Positions 39,551 to 49,408 of a stretch of 56,813 bases of DNA are shown piece after piece (positions within the stretch are counted from its first letter, which is position 1; each line of letters starts with the position of its first letter). The notes beneath the pieces are model-generated. The model was not told where the DNA came from and did no database searches. It saw nothing but the letters and a program-made list of their open reading frames with translations. The translations under genes were made by a program, and so were the position numbers. Source of the DNA: an uncultured virus (IMG/VR IMGVR_UViG_3300035498_001578) (taxonomy: Duplodnaviria > Heunggongvirae > Uroviricota > Caudoviricetes); the IMG/VR virus record IMGVR_UViG_3300035498_001578. One strand, written 5' to 3'.

Positions 39551-39730
39551 TTGTCCTTGAAAAAAGGACGGTAGGGGAATTCCAACTCCTTCCTTAAATA
39601 TTACCGTTAATAGATATCAGAGGTATCTTTGGTAATAAAATTTATTGGGAATTATCTTCAATTACAAAGGCTTTCGAGCCAAGTAGAAGGAGATTTGCGT
39701 ACCAATAAAGCATACTTATATATAAGTGCG
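39551..39730 (+). ncRNA. tracrRNA-like scaffold RNA, copy A
   Basis: Stems GTCCTT/AAGGAC, TATTACC/GGTAATA, TTTATTGG/CCAATAAA, GGCT-TTCG-AGCC; ATTCCAA (39579-39585) complementary to repeat end TTGGAAT; partial anti-repeat at the 3' end. Confidence 0.78.
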
Positions 39731-39911
39731 AAACTCTAAAGTTTAATACTATTTTCGAGTAGGTTAAAATAAGTTTCGCACCAATAAAATTATACAAAAG
39801 TTAATATTCTCTTTACAATAAATAACTTTTGTAAATTGTTATTTTATATGTTATTTGTTTAAATTGAGTGAATAATAATTAAAAATTGAATATTTTTTGT
39901 ATAATTTTGCA
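39726..39911 (+). promoter_or_regulatory. type I-C-like CRISPR leader, copy A
   Basis: Inverted repeat GTGCGAAACT/AGTTTCGCAC ending 131 nt before repeat 1; AAAAATTGAATATTTTTTGT shared with copy B. Confidence 0.7.
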
Positions 39912-40347
39912 GTTGCAATATGTATATGTGTATGTATTGGAATATAAGCAAATGCACCATCACCAAGCACGTAAGAGTTGCAATATGTATATGTGTATGT
40001 ATTGGAATAAATGGGATATATCTAAAATATTCGCTTGTTATAGTTGCAATATGTATATGTGTATGTATTGGAATTTCCACACCGTTCTTTTTTGCGGCTG
40101 TTTTAAGCAGGTTGCAATATGTATATGTGTATGTATTGGAATAGCCTGTGAAACAATTAATTTATCTTTATTAGCAAGTTGCAATATGTATATGTGTATG
40201 TATTGGAATATCAGTTACTTCAATTAATTTCATTGCTTAACACATTTCTTTGTTGCAATATGTATATACGTATGTATTGGAATATCTGAGTATCTATCAA
40301 TATCAAGTGTATATTGTTGCAATATGTGTATGCGTATGTATTGGAAT
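39912..40347 (+). CRISPR. CRISPR array A: seven 32-bp repeats, 6 spacers (33, 34, 36, 35, 42, 32 bp)
   Basis: GTTGCAATATGTATATGTGTATGTATTGGAAT at 39912, 39977, 40043, 40111, 40178; variants at 40252 and 40316 (trailer end). Confidence 0.97.
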
Positions 40348-40590
40348 ATACTAAATTATTTATGTATGCGGATTGAAATTGATTTGCTTTTTTGTAAGAG
40401 ATGCCATAAGGAGCATTATGTCACATATATGTATTTTTTCCATTAAAACATCACAATACATACATATATGTGTGGGTTAAAACAATAAATAAATTTTTGT
40501 GGTGCGAATGCCAATTAAACATTAGCTGTATTGCAAAAAATTTATAAAATAAAAGAATTAATACAAACAATTAGAAAGGAATGATATTAA

Positions 40591-40914
40591 ATGGCTGAAT
40601 TTGAAGATATTAATATAGATTTATCTAAACGTACTCCTGCCGAATGGTCGGATATCTACCATTTAAAACTTTATAATTCTCCTCCTCGTCAGCTTTGGAC
40701 TGAATTTGAATGGGCTTATAATCTTCCTAATTTGGATTATCAATATATCCTCATAAATGATTCTTCCGAAGAAGCAGAGGAAATGGAACTTAGAGCTTTT
40801 GATATTAAGAATCTTATTTTCCATCTTGCTGATAAAAGTGAAAAAGAAATTCTTAAAACAAAATATATTGAAACTGAATGGATAAGAAAAAAACTTATTG
40901 TGAATGATTTTTAA
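40591..40914 (+). CDS. hypothetical protein
   Basis: AAAGGA RBS; 107 aa. Confidence 0.7.
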   Translation: MAEFEDINIDLSKRTPAEWSDIYHLKLYNSPPRQLWTEFEWAYNLPNLDYQYILINDSSEEAEEMELRAFDIKNLIFHLADKSEKEILKTKYIETEWIRKKLIVNDF

Positions 40915-40938
40915 CTGATAAGTTGGAGGTTACTATAT

Positions 40939-42300
40939 ATGTCTAATAAAAAACAAAAAATGATTATAAAATACGCAATGTCTCAGGTAAATAAATTTAA
41001 AACTAATAAGATAAAAGAAATGGACACTAACAATGTCCTATTTTCTGCTTTAAAAAATTATACTATTACAAAAGATAACTCAGTATTAAACCTTGTAAAT
41101 AAAGTAAAAGATATCCTTAATACATATTATCCTTCTAATGAATCTAACGAAGTAAATGTTATGATAAATATTCTTTCTGATAAGATTTTGGAAGTTAATA
41201 ATGGCATTCATAATGAAATAATTCCTAATGATATAAAATCTTATATAGATGCTTGTATAGAAGACCTTGTAACCGAAAGTTTTGTTAATGAAATTAAAAC
41301 AGAGTGTAATGCTTCTAATATTACATTAAATGATAAGTTTTCTTTATTCGACTTAATTTCAGAAGGTAATATTAGTGACCTTACTGCTATGTATTTAACA
41401 TTATTATGTTATATCTCTTGTTCTAAACAAATCTCTTATTCTCGCAATAATAAAGATTTAAATAAAATAAAATTTACTGATGAAGATGCTATAAGCGTAA
41501 TTTTCTCTTTTGTTTTAGCTTCCGTAAATTTTATTGCTAGTAATTTTTATGAAAGAGATTATGAAAGAGGTTGTTCTGATACTGAAAAAAAATTCTTTGA
41601 AGAAAAAAAGATTATAGTGGATGACTTTAAGGAAAAAATGATTTCACTTGAAAAAGCCCAACAAGAAATAACTACTCTTAAAGATAAGTATACCAAATTG
41701 CAAAATTCTTTAGAAGCAAGAGTAGATAAAAAGGTAGATAAGATTAGTAAATCCTTAACCGAAGAAAAGAAATCTTTAGCTTCTGAGAATAATAGATTAA
41801 AACTTAAAATTCAGGAGCTGCAAGAGAAAAATAATAATCTCCAATCTATTGTAGATAAGCAGGCTAAACAAACCATTAATAACGAAAAGATTGAAACTCT
41901 TAATAAGACTATTAAGAAACTTACAGAACAGAATAATAATTTAAGGAAATTAACTTCTAATCCTGTTATTGAAAAAACTATTAATAATATAGAACAAGAT
42001 TTCCCTGAGGATAAAACTATTGATATGAATAGAAGTATTCTTTTTATTGGTGGTCATACGACTACTCTTGAAAACTTATGTTCTATTTATTCTAAGGCTG
42101 ATTGTGTTTCTAATGAAACTACTGAGCTTAATCAATCTTATATGAATAGTTTTGATGGTATTGTATTCTTAACCGATTTCTTATCTCATAACCTCTATAA
42201 GAAGATTAAGAGATTAGCTGATAAATATAATATTAAATACATACATTGTAAAAAGAATAATGTCGATTTAATTATCGACGATATTGAAAATAACTTTTAA
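40939..42300 (+). CDS. coiled-coil protein with C-terminal DUF2325-like domain
   Basis: Heptad region followed by ILFIGGH...DGIVFLTDFLSH...IKYIHC. Confidence 0.8.
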   Translation: MSNKKQKMIIKYAMSQVNKFKTNKIKEMDTNNVLFSALKNYTITKDNSVLNLVNKVKDILNTYYPSNESNEVNVMINILSDKILEVNNGIHNEIIPNDIKSYIDACIEDLVTESFVNEIKTECNASNITLNDKFSLFDLISEGNISDLTAMYLTLLCYISCSKQISYSRNNKDLNKIKFTDEDAISVIFSFVLASVNFIASNFYERDYERGCSDTEKKFFEEKKIIVDDFKEKMISLEKAQQEITTLKDKYTKLQNSLEARVDKKVDKISKSLTEEKKSLASENNRLKLKIQELQEKNNNLQSIVDKQAKQTINNEKIETLNKTIKKLTEQNNNLRKLTSNPVIEKTINNIEQDFPEDKTIDMNRSILFIGGHTTTLENLCSIYSKADCVSNETTELNQSYMNSFDGIVFLTDFLSHNLYKKIKRLADKYNIKYIHCKKNNVDLIIDDIENNF

Positions 42301-42328
42301 CCTTTTTTATTTAAAGGAGGAATCATCT

Positions 42329-42667
42329 ATGAGTAACCCTATGAATGATAACGATAACTTTGACCAAGAAGAAATGATTGATATATCTAAGAATATATTA
42401 TTCATTGGAGCTTCTCCCAAGCTCTTTAACAAATTACACGATATATACATCAATTCTAAGAGCTTGGATTTTAAAGCTACTAAAATAAGTAAGAAAGCTA
42501 TTGAGAACTCTGATGGTGTAGTTTTATTAAATCATACTACAACTAATCCTTATGCTACTTATTCTAAAATTAAAAGTATTGCAGAGCAGTGTAAGGTAAA
42601 GTATATTACTATTACTAATAATAATATAGACTTAATCGTAGATACAATTGAAAAAACCTTTAAATGA
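42329..42667 (+). CDS. stand-alone DUF2325-like domain protein
   Basis: Aligns with C-terminus of 40939; start moved to ATG 42329 after AAGGAGG. Confidence 0.75.
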   Translation: MSNPMNDNDNFDQEEMIDISKNILFIGASPKLFNKLHDIYINSKSLDFKATKISKKAIENSDGVVLLNHTTTNPYATYSKIKSIAEQCKVKYITITNNNIDLIVDTIEKTFK

Positions 42668-42880
42668 AAAATAAAGCCTGATTAATTTCAGGCTTTTTCT
42701 ATTTTTGCAGGATTTGACTTTTAAAAATTCATTTTTGTTTGTTTCTCTATAGGGGAAATTTTAAAAAATAGGCATTTCCTGAATTTTTTATTATTTAATC
42801 TTGCATTTTTAGGATTTCTTTAATTATTAAACCATTTATTAAGAAAATCCTCTATAGGAAAAATTAATTATAACACTTCT

Positions 42881-43429
42881 TTATATAGAATAATTATTTT
42901 CATATATATTTTCTTTACTATCATTAAGCATTAACCCGTGGTCTATTAAAAACTCTTTCTTAACTTTAGATTCGTAAAATAAATTTTCTATATATATACA
43001 TATATCTTTTGCTTCTCTCTTACTAAAATAACAAGAAAATTCACCAATACTTATTTCATTAGAATAATTTTTCATAAGGAGCTTATTCATCATCCTTAAA
43101 TCATTTAAACTTAAATTACTATAAGTATATAATTGTCTTGTAGTAGCACAACCATTTATATCCAATATATCATTTGTTATTGCTACTGTATGAATTTTTT
43201 TTGTAGGAAGAAGATTACTTAAATCTCGTTTTATATGCTTTTCTAATGTAGAAATATTCTTTTTCTCAGCATTAATATAATACCTTATATCCCTAAATAC
43301 TATTTTACTTATTATATAATCTATAGTAGTCTTAATAGAAAACTGTTTCTTTAATTTATTTAAGTAATCAACAGTTATATGTCCTAAGTTATAATTATCA
43401 ACATATATATTTATATTATAAGATTCCAT
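42881..43429 (-). CDS. expanded paralog family protein (divergent)
   Basis: AGGAGG RBS, minus-strand promoter; similar to 47742. Confidence 0.75.
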   Translation of the reverse strand: MESYNINIYVDNYNLGHITVDYLNKLKKQFSIKTTIDYIISKIVFRDIRYYINAEKKNISTLEKHIKRDLSNLLPTKKIHTVAITNDILDINGCATTRQLYTYSNLSLNDLRMMNKLLMKNYSNEISIGEFSCYFSKREAKDICIYIENLFYESKVKKEFLIDHGLMLNDSKENIYENNYSI

Positions 43430-43449
43430 ATAAACCTCCTATTAATTAT

Positions 43450-45170
43450 AAATTCTTTTAATATTATACCATAAATTTTATAATTTGTCAATATTAAAAA
43501 GCTTTTATATAATAAATAAAAGTTTTTTACTTTGGAGAATGATTATAATTATCTATATATAGGGGAATTAAAACAAGGAGAAAATTTTAAAATGTAAACT
43601 GTAAAGCAGGGAATCTTATTAACCCATTTAATAATAAAGGAATTGGTTAATAAGTGTAAAAAAATTTTGAAAAAAATTTAAGAGCAGGAAACGAGAGGCT
43701 TGATTTTTTTAAAATTTATTTATAATTTAAAAATTAGAGCTGAACTGATTTTTTATTTAATTTATTCTTTATTATTTTTATTTATTGTTTTCTTTTATTA
43801 TTTCTATTTATTATTCTTTTTTTCTATATATTTCTTTCTATATATTTCTCTATATATATCTTTTTATTTTTATTACTCATTTCAATCGTTTATTATTAAA
43901 AAAGCTTATTATTAAAAAGTTTATTATTAGAGAATTTATTATTAAAAGATTCTTTTCTATATATAGCAATTTTTTATTTAAATAAAAGATTCATTGTTTA
44001 TTCTATTTATTCTTTATCTTTTATTATTATAATTCATTCCAATCATTTATAATTAAAAAACTATATAGAAAAGATTTTTTCTTATAGTAGAGAGTATATT
44101 AAGTAATTCTTTTATTCTTTATTCTATATATTCTTTTTTTTTATTCTTTCTATCTAATTATTGTTTCTATATTATATTTTCTTTCCAATTATATTTTCTT
44201 TCTAATTATTCTTAATTATTTTTAAACCTCGTTCTAGTCGCTTTTTTTATTAAAGGTTTTATTATTAGCTTCTATATTACTTTTCTTATATATATTCTTT
44301 TTCTATACAATCTTTTTTATATATCTTTTTTCTATATATAGAGAATTTATTATTCTTTCTCTAATTCTTAATTTACTTTCTTTATTATTTTACCTCTTTA
44401 AAGAATTATAATTTTTTAGTTTTATACTTCTGTTTTCTTATATACTGAATTTATACTTCCTTATTTTATTTATTAATTAGAAAGCCATATATTTTCTTTT
44501 TATTATTAAATGTTTTTCTGTATATTTCTTATGTATTTTCTATATATAGAAGAATTAATTATACAGGGAATTATTACATAGTTATTCTTTTTGTTATATA
44601 GAGAATTAATAATTAAAGGTTTTATTTATAATAAGAAAATATTAAAAGATTCTTTCTATATATAGTAATTTATATAATAAGAGAAAAATTAAAGATTAGA
44701 TTTTTTAAAGAATATTGTAAGAGAAATTAAAGAAAATTTTCAAAATAAAGAATTTTTCTATAGAGGAAATTAAAAATTTATAGATGGAGATATAGAAAAT
44801 TTTTAAAAATTAGACAAGGATTTTTTTAAAAAATCAAGGTGTAAAATAAGAGAAAAAATTTTATAGTTTAAGTAGAATAATTCATAAGTGTAAATAAAAA
44901 GTTTTATATTATAATAAAACAAAGGTTTTTAGGAGAAATAGTTGTAGTAACTAAATAAGATAAAATCTCGCTAAAAACCTTCATATAAAAAATAAAAACA
45001 AAGAGGATAAAAATAATAGAAAAAAATAAAAATATTATGGAAAAATGATAAAATTTTTATATATACAATAAAATTACAATTTTTAAGAATATATTTTTCA
45101 AGATTATAATTGTTGCTAAAACGGATATATATTTATTATAAGTAATAAAATATAATTATAAGAGAGGTAA
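43450..45170. repeat. AT-rich noncoding region with repeated CTAT(AT)nAG-purine-AATT motifs
   Basis: Copies near 43552, 43956, 44332, 44539, 44595, 44656, 44757; T-rich to A-rich skew switch near 44.55-44.6 kb. Confidence 0.55.
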
Positions 45171-45178
45171 GATAAAAA

Positions 45179-45664
45179 ATGATTAAGAGATTAGTAAGAA
45201 AAGTAGAAGCTAATACAACAGTAGAAGCAATGTCACCAAAGGAATTTATACAGATATGTAAGGGTAAGTTTTTCAAGCCAAGTCAATGGAAAATAATAAA
45301 GCAAGGTTTTGAAGAAGGCTTAGATGTACCAAAGATACAGGTATATGCAGACCCAAAGTTTGATTCTTCACAGATGGAGAAGATAAAGGATGGTCTTGTA
45401 GCAGGTGTAGATGTAACAATTTACGCAAAGCCTGATTTTAGCAGCACTCAGATGTACTGGATATTAGAGGGTTTAAGAAATAATTTAGACGTATCATTAT
45501 ATGCAAAGCCTGATTTTAATGCAGAGCAGATGAGAACGCTTATGGTAGGACTTAAAGATGGATTAACAGCAGATGATTTAAAAAATGTTGCTATTCCAAG
45601 TCTTGAATCAAACTTTATGAGCCAAAAGATAAAAGATATTAGAGTTAAAAAATTACATTTCTAA
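45179..45664 (+). CDS. short-repeat protein (YAKPDFxxxQMxxIxxGL units)
   Basis: Three to four ~25-aa repeats; GAGGT RBS. Confidence 0.8.
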   Translation: MIKRLVRKVEANTTVEAMSPKEFIQICKGKFFKPSQWKIIKQGFEEGLDVPKIQVYADPKFDSSQMEKIKDGLVAGVDVTIYAKPDFSSTQMYWILEGLRNNLDVSLYAKPDFNAEQMRTLMVGLKDGLTADDLKNVAIPSLESNFMSQKIKDIRVKKLHF

Positions 45665-45736
45665 TTATTTTTAATTATAAAAGAGGGCAAATTAATTTGC
45701 CCTCTTATTTTTAGAAAAAAATATATAATTTCTTTA

Positions 45737-46678
45737 TTATTCTAAGATATTATTTAATTCATCAAAATAATTAGATAGTTCTTCTTTAGTAAAAATAATA
45801 TCAGGTAAATAAATAAAATCTTCATTAGAAACATCTTCTTTATTAGGAGAGATTTTATTATATAATTTTTGATATTGTTCAATAGAAAAAATATTATTCT
45901 GATTATCCTTAAAGAAATCAGCAATCTTATTAAAAGAATAATCTCCACTCATATAAGTATATAATAAATCCGCATTAAGTCTTGTAATAATTATATCAAA
46001 GTATTTTTTATTAAAATCCAAATTAAGAACTAAATTAGAAAAACAATAATGTAAATAAGAAGAAATTGGAACTTCTAAACGTAAACTATTTTTTAAAGTA
46101 ACCTTAATCATAAAATTATATTTATTAGGCGAAGCTTCTGTATATTCCCAATTCAAATCATTCTTTATTAAATTGTTTGTAGAAGAATTATCATATATAA
46201 CATCAAAATAAGAATCATTCTTATGGGAGAAAGAAAGTTTAAATTTATTAAGAGTTTCTTTATTATTGTTTTTTTCATCATCATAATAAATAAATTTTTC
46301 ATTTACATTCATTAAAGAAAATTCTTCTATATATCTAATGAAGTAATAATTCAGTTTATATAAAATTTTAGGATTAATAGTAATATTATCTAACATAACA
46401 GCTTCAATAGTAAAATCTCTATAACCCCAACCAAAGATTTTACAAACAGTATCTAATATACTATTAAAATTATCAATAGTATTTTCTTTTTCATTTTGAA
46501 TAGAGAAAGTAATATAATTATTATTATTTTCAACACCGTAATTAGAAATATACTTAAATATTTCTTTAGGATATAAATTTAAATTATTTAATTGTAAGGT
46601 ATCGGAAGATATTTTTACTGATTTAAAAAATAATGTAGGGTTATTTAATATTGAAAAATTATTTTTATTTTTCATCAT
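45737..46678 (-). CDS. hypothetical protein, paralog of 46717
   Basis: ILNNP, NPKxLYKLN, CFSN, PDII shared. Confidence 0.75.
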   Translation of the reverse strand: MMKNKNNFSILNNPTLFFKSVKISSDTLQLNNLNLYPKEIFKYISNYGVENNNNYITFSIQNEKENTIDNFNSILDTVCKIFGWGYRDFTIEAVMLDNITINPKILYKLNYYFIRYIEEFSLMNVNEKFIYYDDEKNNNKETLNKFKLSFSHKNDSYFDVIYDNSSTNNLIKNDLNWEYTEASPNKYNFMIKVTLKNSLRLEVPISSYLHYCFSNLVLNLDFNKKYFDIIITRLNADLLYTYMSGDYSFNKIADFFKDNQNNIFSIEQYQKLYNKISPNKEDVSNEDFIYLPDIIFTKEELSNYFDELNNILE

Positions 46679-46716
46679 AATTAAAAAGCTCCTTTATATA
46701 AAATTTTTTGTAACTT

Positions 46717-47574
46717 TTAAGTATTAGTTATAATATGTAAATCCAAACAATAATCATTTATTTCACTATTAGATAAAATAATGTCAGGAGAATAATTATT
46801 ATTCTTAGGTAAATTAATTAATCTACAAAATTCTTTATATTGTTCAAGAGTAAAGAATTTATCTGAATACTCTTTGAAGAATTTTTCAGTAGTCGTGGTT
46901 TTATAAATAGATAATAATTCTTGATTAATAGAAGAATTAATAGAATCAAAAGAATGATTACAATTAATAATACTATCTCTAAAATTAGAAAAGCAAGAAT
47001 TAATAAAATATTTTAAATTATGTTTTAAAAATAGTTCTTGTTTTAATTTAAAATTAAGTATTAAATTATATGATTGGCTATCATATTTAAAATTATATAT
47101 TTCATTATTATTTTTTAATGTAAAAGAAAAGTTGTTAGAAGTACTATCTAAAGATTTATCGGAAAAACCTATAGAAGTTTCTTCCAATTTTTTATCTTCT
47201 AATGTTTTATTTTCTAATAGTTCGTTTTTTAACAATTCACTTGAAGTATAATCAGCAAGAGCTAATAAAATATATTTATTTAATTTATAAAGACTTTTAG
47301 GATTATCGAAAGATTTATTTAATATAGATAAATCTATTTCCGCAGGGAAAGAAGTATTATCTATTTCATCACTAAAAGTAAGTAGTATATCTTTAAAAAT
47401 AAATATAGAATCTTCAAAAGAGTTTACAGGTTCTTTATTTATAAAAGTAATATAATCTTTAGTCTTATCATAAATAAAATCGTTAATAATATCGAATTTT
47501 TTCTTAGTAAAGTCTATGTCATTAGAAAAGAGTTTAATTGAATTAATAATTATTAAGGGGTTATTTAAAATCAT
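46717..47574 (-). CDS. hypothetical protein, paralog of 45737
   Basis: Tandem duplicate; AAGGAG RBS. Confidence 0.75.
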   Translation of the reverse strand: MILNNPLIIINSIKLFSNDIDFTKKKFDIINDFIYDKTKDYITFINKEPVNSFEDSIFIFKDILLTFSDEIDNTSFPAEIDLSILNKSFDNPKSLYKLNKYILLALADYTSSELLKNELLENKTLEDKKLEETSIGFSDKSLDSTSNNFSFTLKNNNEIYNFKYDSQSYNLILNFKLKQELFLKHNLKYFINSCFSNFRDSIINCNHSFDSINSSINQELLSIYKTTTTEKFFKEYSDKFFTLEQYKEFCRLINLPKNNNYSPDIILSNSEINDYCLDLHIITNT

Positions 47575-47741
47575 AATATTATAGCTCCTTTTGATAAAAT
47601 TTAATGTTACAAATTAATAATAAAAAATTTTAAAATAAAAAAAGGAGTATTTTAAGAATTTTAAAAAAATACTCCTTATAAATTATATTTTTTTTATATT
47701 ATTAAAATCTTCCTCTCTTTGATATTATTCAAAATTAGGTT

Positions 47742-48257
47742 TTATTCAAAATTAGTTTTTATTTTATAAAAACATTTATATTCGGTTTTCTCTTGTAAAA
47801 TATCAATTACTTCTTTTATGTTTGTTTGCTTGAACCAAAGAATTCCATTGTTAGTAATAAAGTCTTTTTTATAAATAAAATTGTTGTTAATAATATTATT
47901 AAATAATTTAACATCTTCAACAGTAAAATTGCAAAATCTACATAACTCCATAAGAGAGGTGTTATTATCATTGATATTAAGTTTTTTATTTTCATCAAAA
48001 TCTATTGAATAAATATTATTTGATAAATAAAAATTAAATAATGCTTGTTTTAATTTACTTTTTAAATTATTAGTAAAGCTTGTATTTAAAAAATAAGAAT
48101 TATCAAAAATATAGCTTATATTTTCGAATAATATATTATCCTTAATGAATTTAAATTCTTCGATAGAAAAATTGTTTTTTATTTCATTAAGTTTTTCATC
48201 ACTCAAATAAATAATTCTATCCTTTTCACACTCATACATTAAACTATAAGAAAGCAA
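47742..48257 (-). CDS. expanded paralog family protein
   Basis: GGAGGTGG RBS, TTG start; family signature. Confidence 0.75.
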   Translation of the reverse strand: MLSYSLMYECEKDRIIYLSDEKLNEIKNNFSIEEFKFIKDNILFENISYIFDNSYFLNTSFTNNLKSKLKQALFNFYLSNNIYSIDFDENKKLNINDNNTSLMELCRFCNFTVEDVKLFNNIINNNFIYKKDFITNNGILWFKQTNIKEVIDILQEKTEYKCFYKIKTNFE

Positions 48258-48379
48258 AATACCACCTCCGTTATTTTTATTATACTATGTTTTTTATAAA
48301 TTGTCAAATAGTTTTATAGAAGAGGTTTTTATATATTTATTTATTAAAAAACGAAGTATAAAAAGAGAGGGAATAAAAA

Positions 48380-49408
48380 ATGAGATTAAGACATTATGTA
48401 ATAAGAAATCCGCATTTTAGAAAAGGTAGTTTTGAAGAAACTTCTAATAATGCAAAAAATTTTAATACTGCAAAAACTTCTAACAATAGGGTAATAAGAA
48501 GAATAGTAAAAGCAGGACTTCCTGAAACAGAACAATTTGTACAAGAATGTAAAGATAGTGGTAAGTTTAATAATAATCAGATTGCAGAACTTGAAAGTTG
48601 TCTTAAATATGATTATACGTTAGATGAATTTAAATTATTTGCCAAGCCTGAATTTAATGTAGAACAAATGAAAGCTATTTCTGTTTGTATAAGTTATGAC
48701 GAGTTTAGTAAGGAATTTATTGAAACTTTAAGCAATCCAAAATTTGATGCAGCTACAATGGAAAGTTTCTTAAATGATGTATCAGATGGAATAAAACCTG
48801 ATGATGTTTTATTATATATGAACCCTGCGTTTAGTAAAGAGCAGAGAGAAATAATTAAAGAAGCAATACAAGATGCAAGTATGTTTGGTAAGAACAAAGA
48901 CTTATACAATAAATATATTAAAGAGATTGTGAATCCAAGTCTTTCTGCTGAAGAAATGAAAGAAGTTAAAGAAAAATATAAAGAAGCAGCAGATGAGGAT
49001 TGGAAGAGTACTTTCTTAGATAATATTGTATTAATTGAATTTAAAGATGTTCTTAAAAAATGTAATAATTATCAAAAACAAGAAATATATGACGGTTATT
49101 ATAAAAAATTATCTAATGATAAGATTGCTTTATATGCAGATAGTGAACTTTCTCCTGAGAGAATGGAACAGATTAAGTTAGGCTTAATAAATGGTTTAAC
49201 TAAAAAACAAGTTTCATTATATGCTAATCGTTATTTTAGTGTAGAACAGATGAAAATTCTTAGAGCAAGTTTAGAGGAAGGTTTAGCTTTTGAAAAAGTT
49301 AAGTTATATGCTTATCCTGATATTACACCAGCGTATATGTTAGAAATAATGGAGAAGTTTGAAAAAGGTAAGAGTATTGAAGAAGTAAAGAAACAATTTA
49401 GATTATAA
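48380..49408 (+). CDS. short-repeat protein (FAKPEFNVEQM units), related to 45179
   Basis: Multiple ~28-aa repeats; RBS. Confidence 0.8.
   Translation: MRLRHYVIRNPHFRKGSFEETSNNAKNFNTAKTSNNRVIRRIVKAGLPETEQFVQECKDSGKFNNNQIAELESCLKYDYTLDEFKLFAKPEFNVEQMKAISVCISYDEFSKEFIETLSNPKFDAATMESFLNDVSDGIKPDDVLLYMNPAFSKEQREIIKEAIQDASMFGKNKDLYNKYIKEIVNPSLSAEEMKEVKEKYKEAADEDWKSTFLDNIVLIEFKDVLKKCNNYQKQEIYDGYYKKLSNDKIALYADSELSPERMEQIKLGLINGLTKKQVSLYANRYFSVEQMKILRASLEEGLAFEKVKLYAYPDITPAYMLEIMEKFEKGKSIEEVKKQFRL

Noticed and set aside
39859..40227. ORFs 39859..40080, 39886..40227, 39920..40144 (and 37155..37352, 37304..37486)
   Set aside because: Translations of CRISPR repeats and spacers; no RBS
43700..43985. 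Hydrophobic ORFs in the AT-rich region
   Set aside because: Low-complexity F/Y/I/L artefacts of T-rich DNA; no convincing RBS
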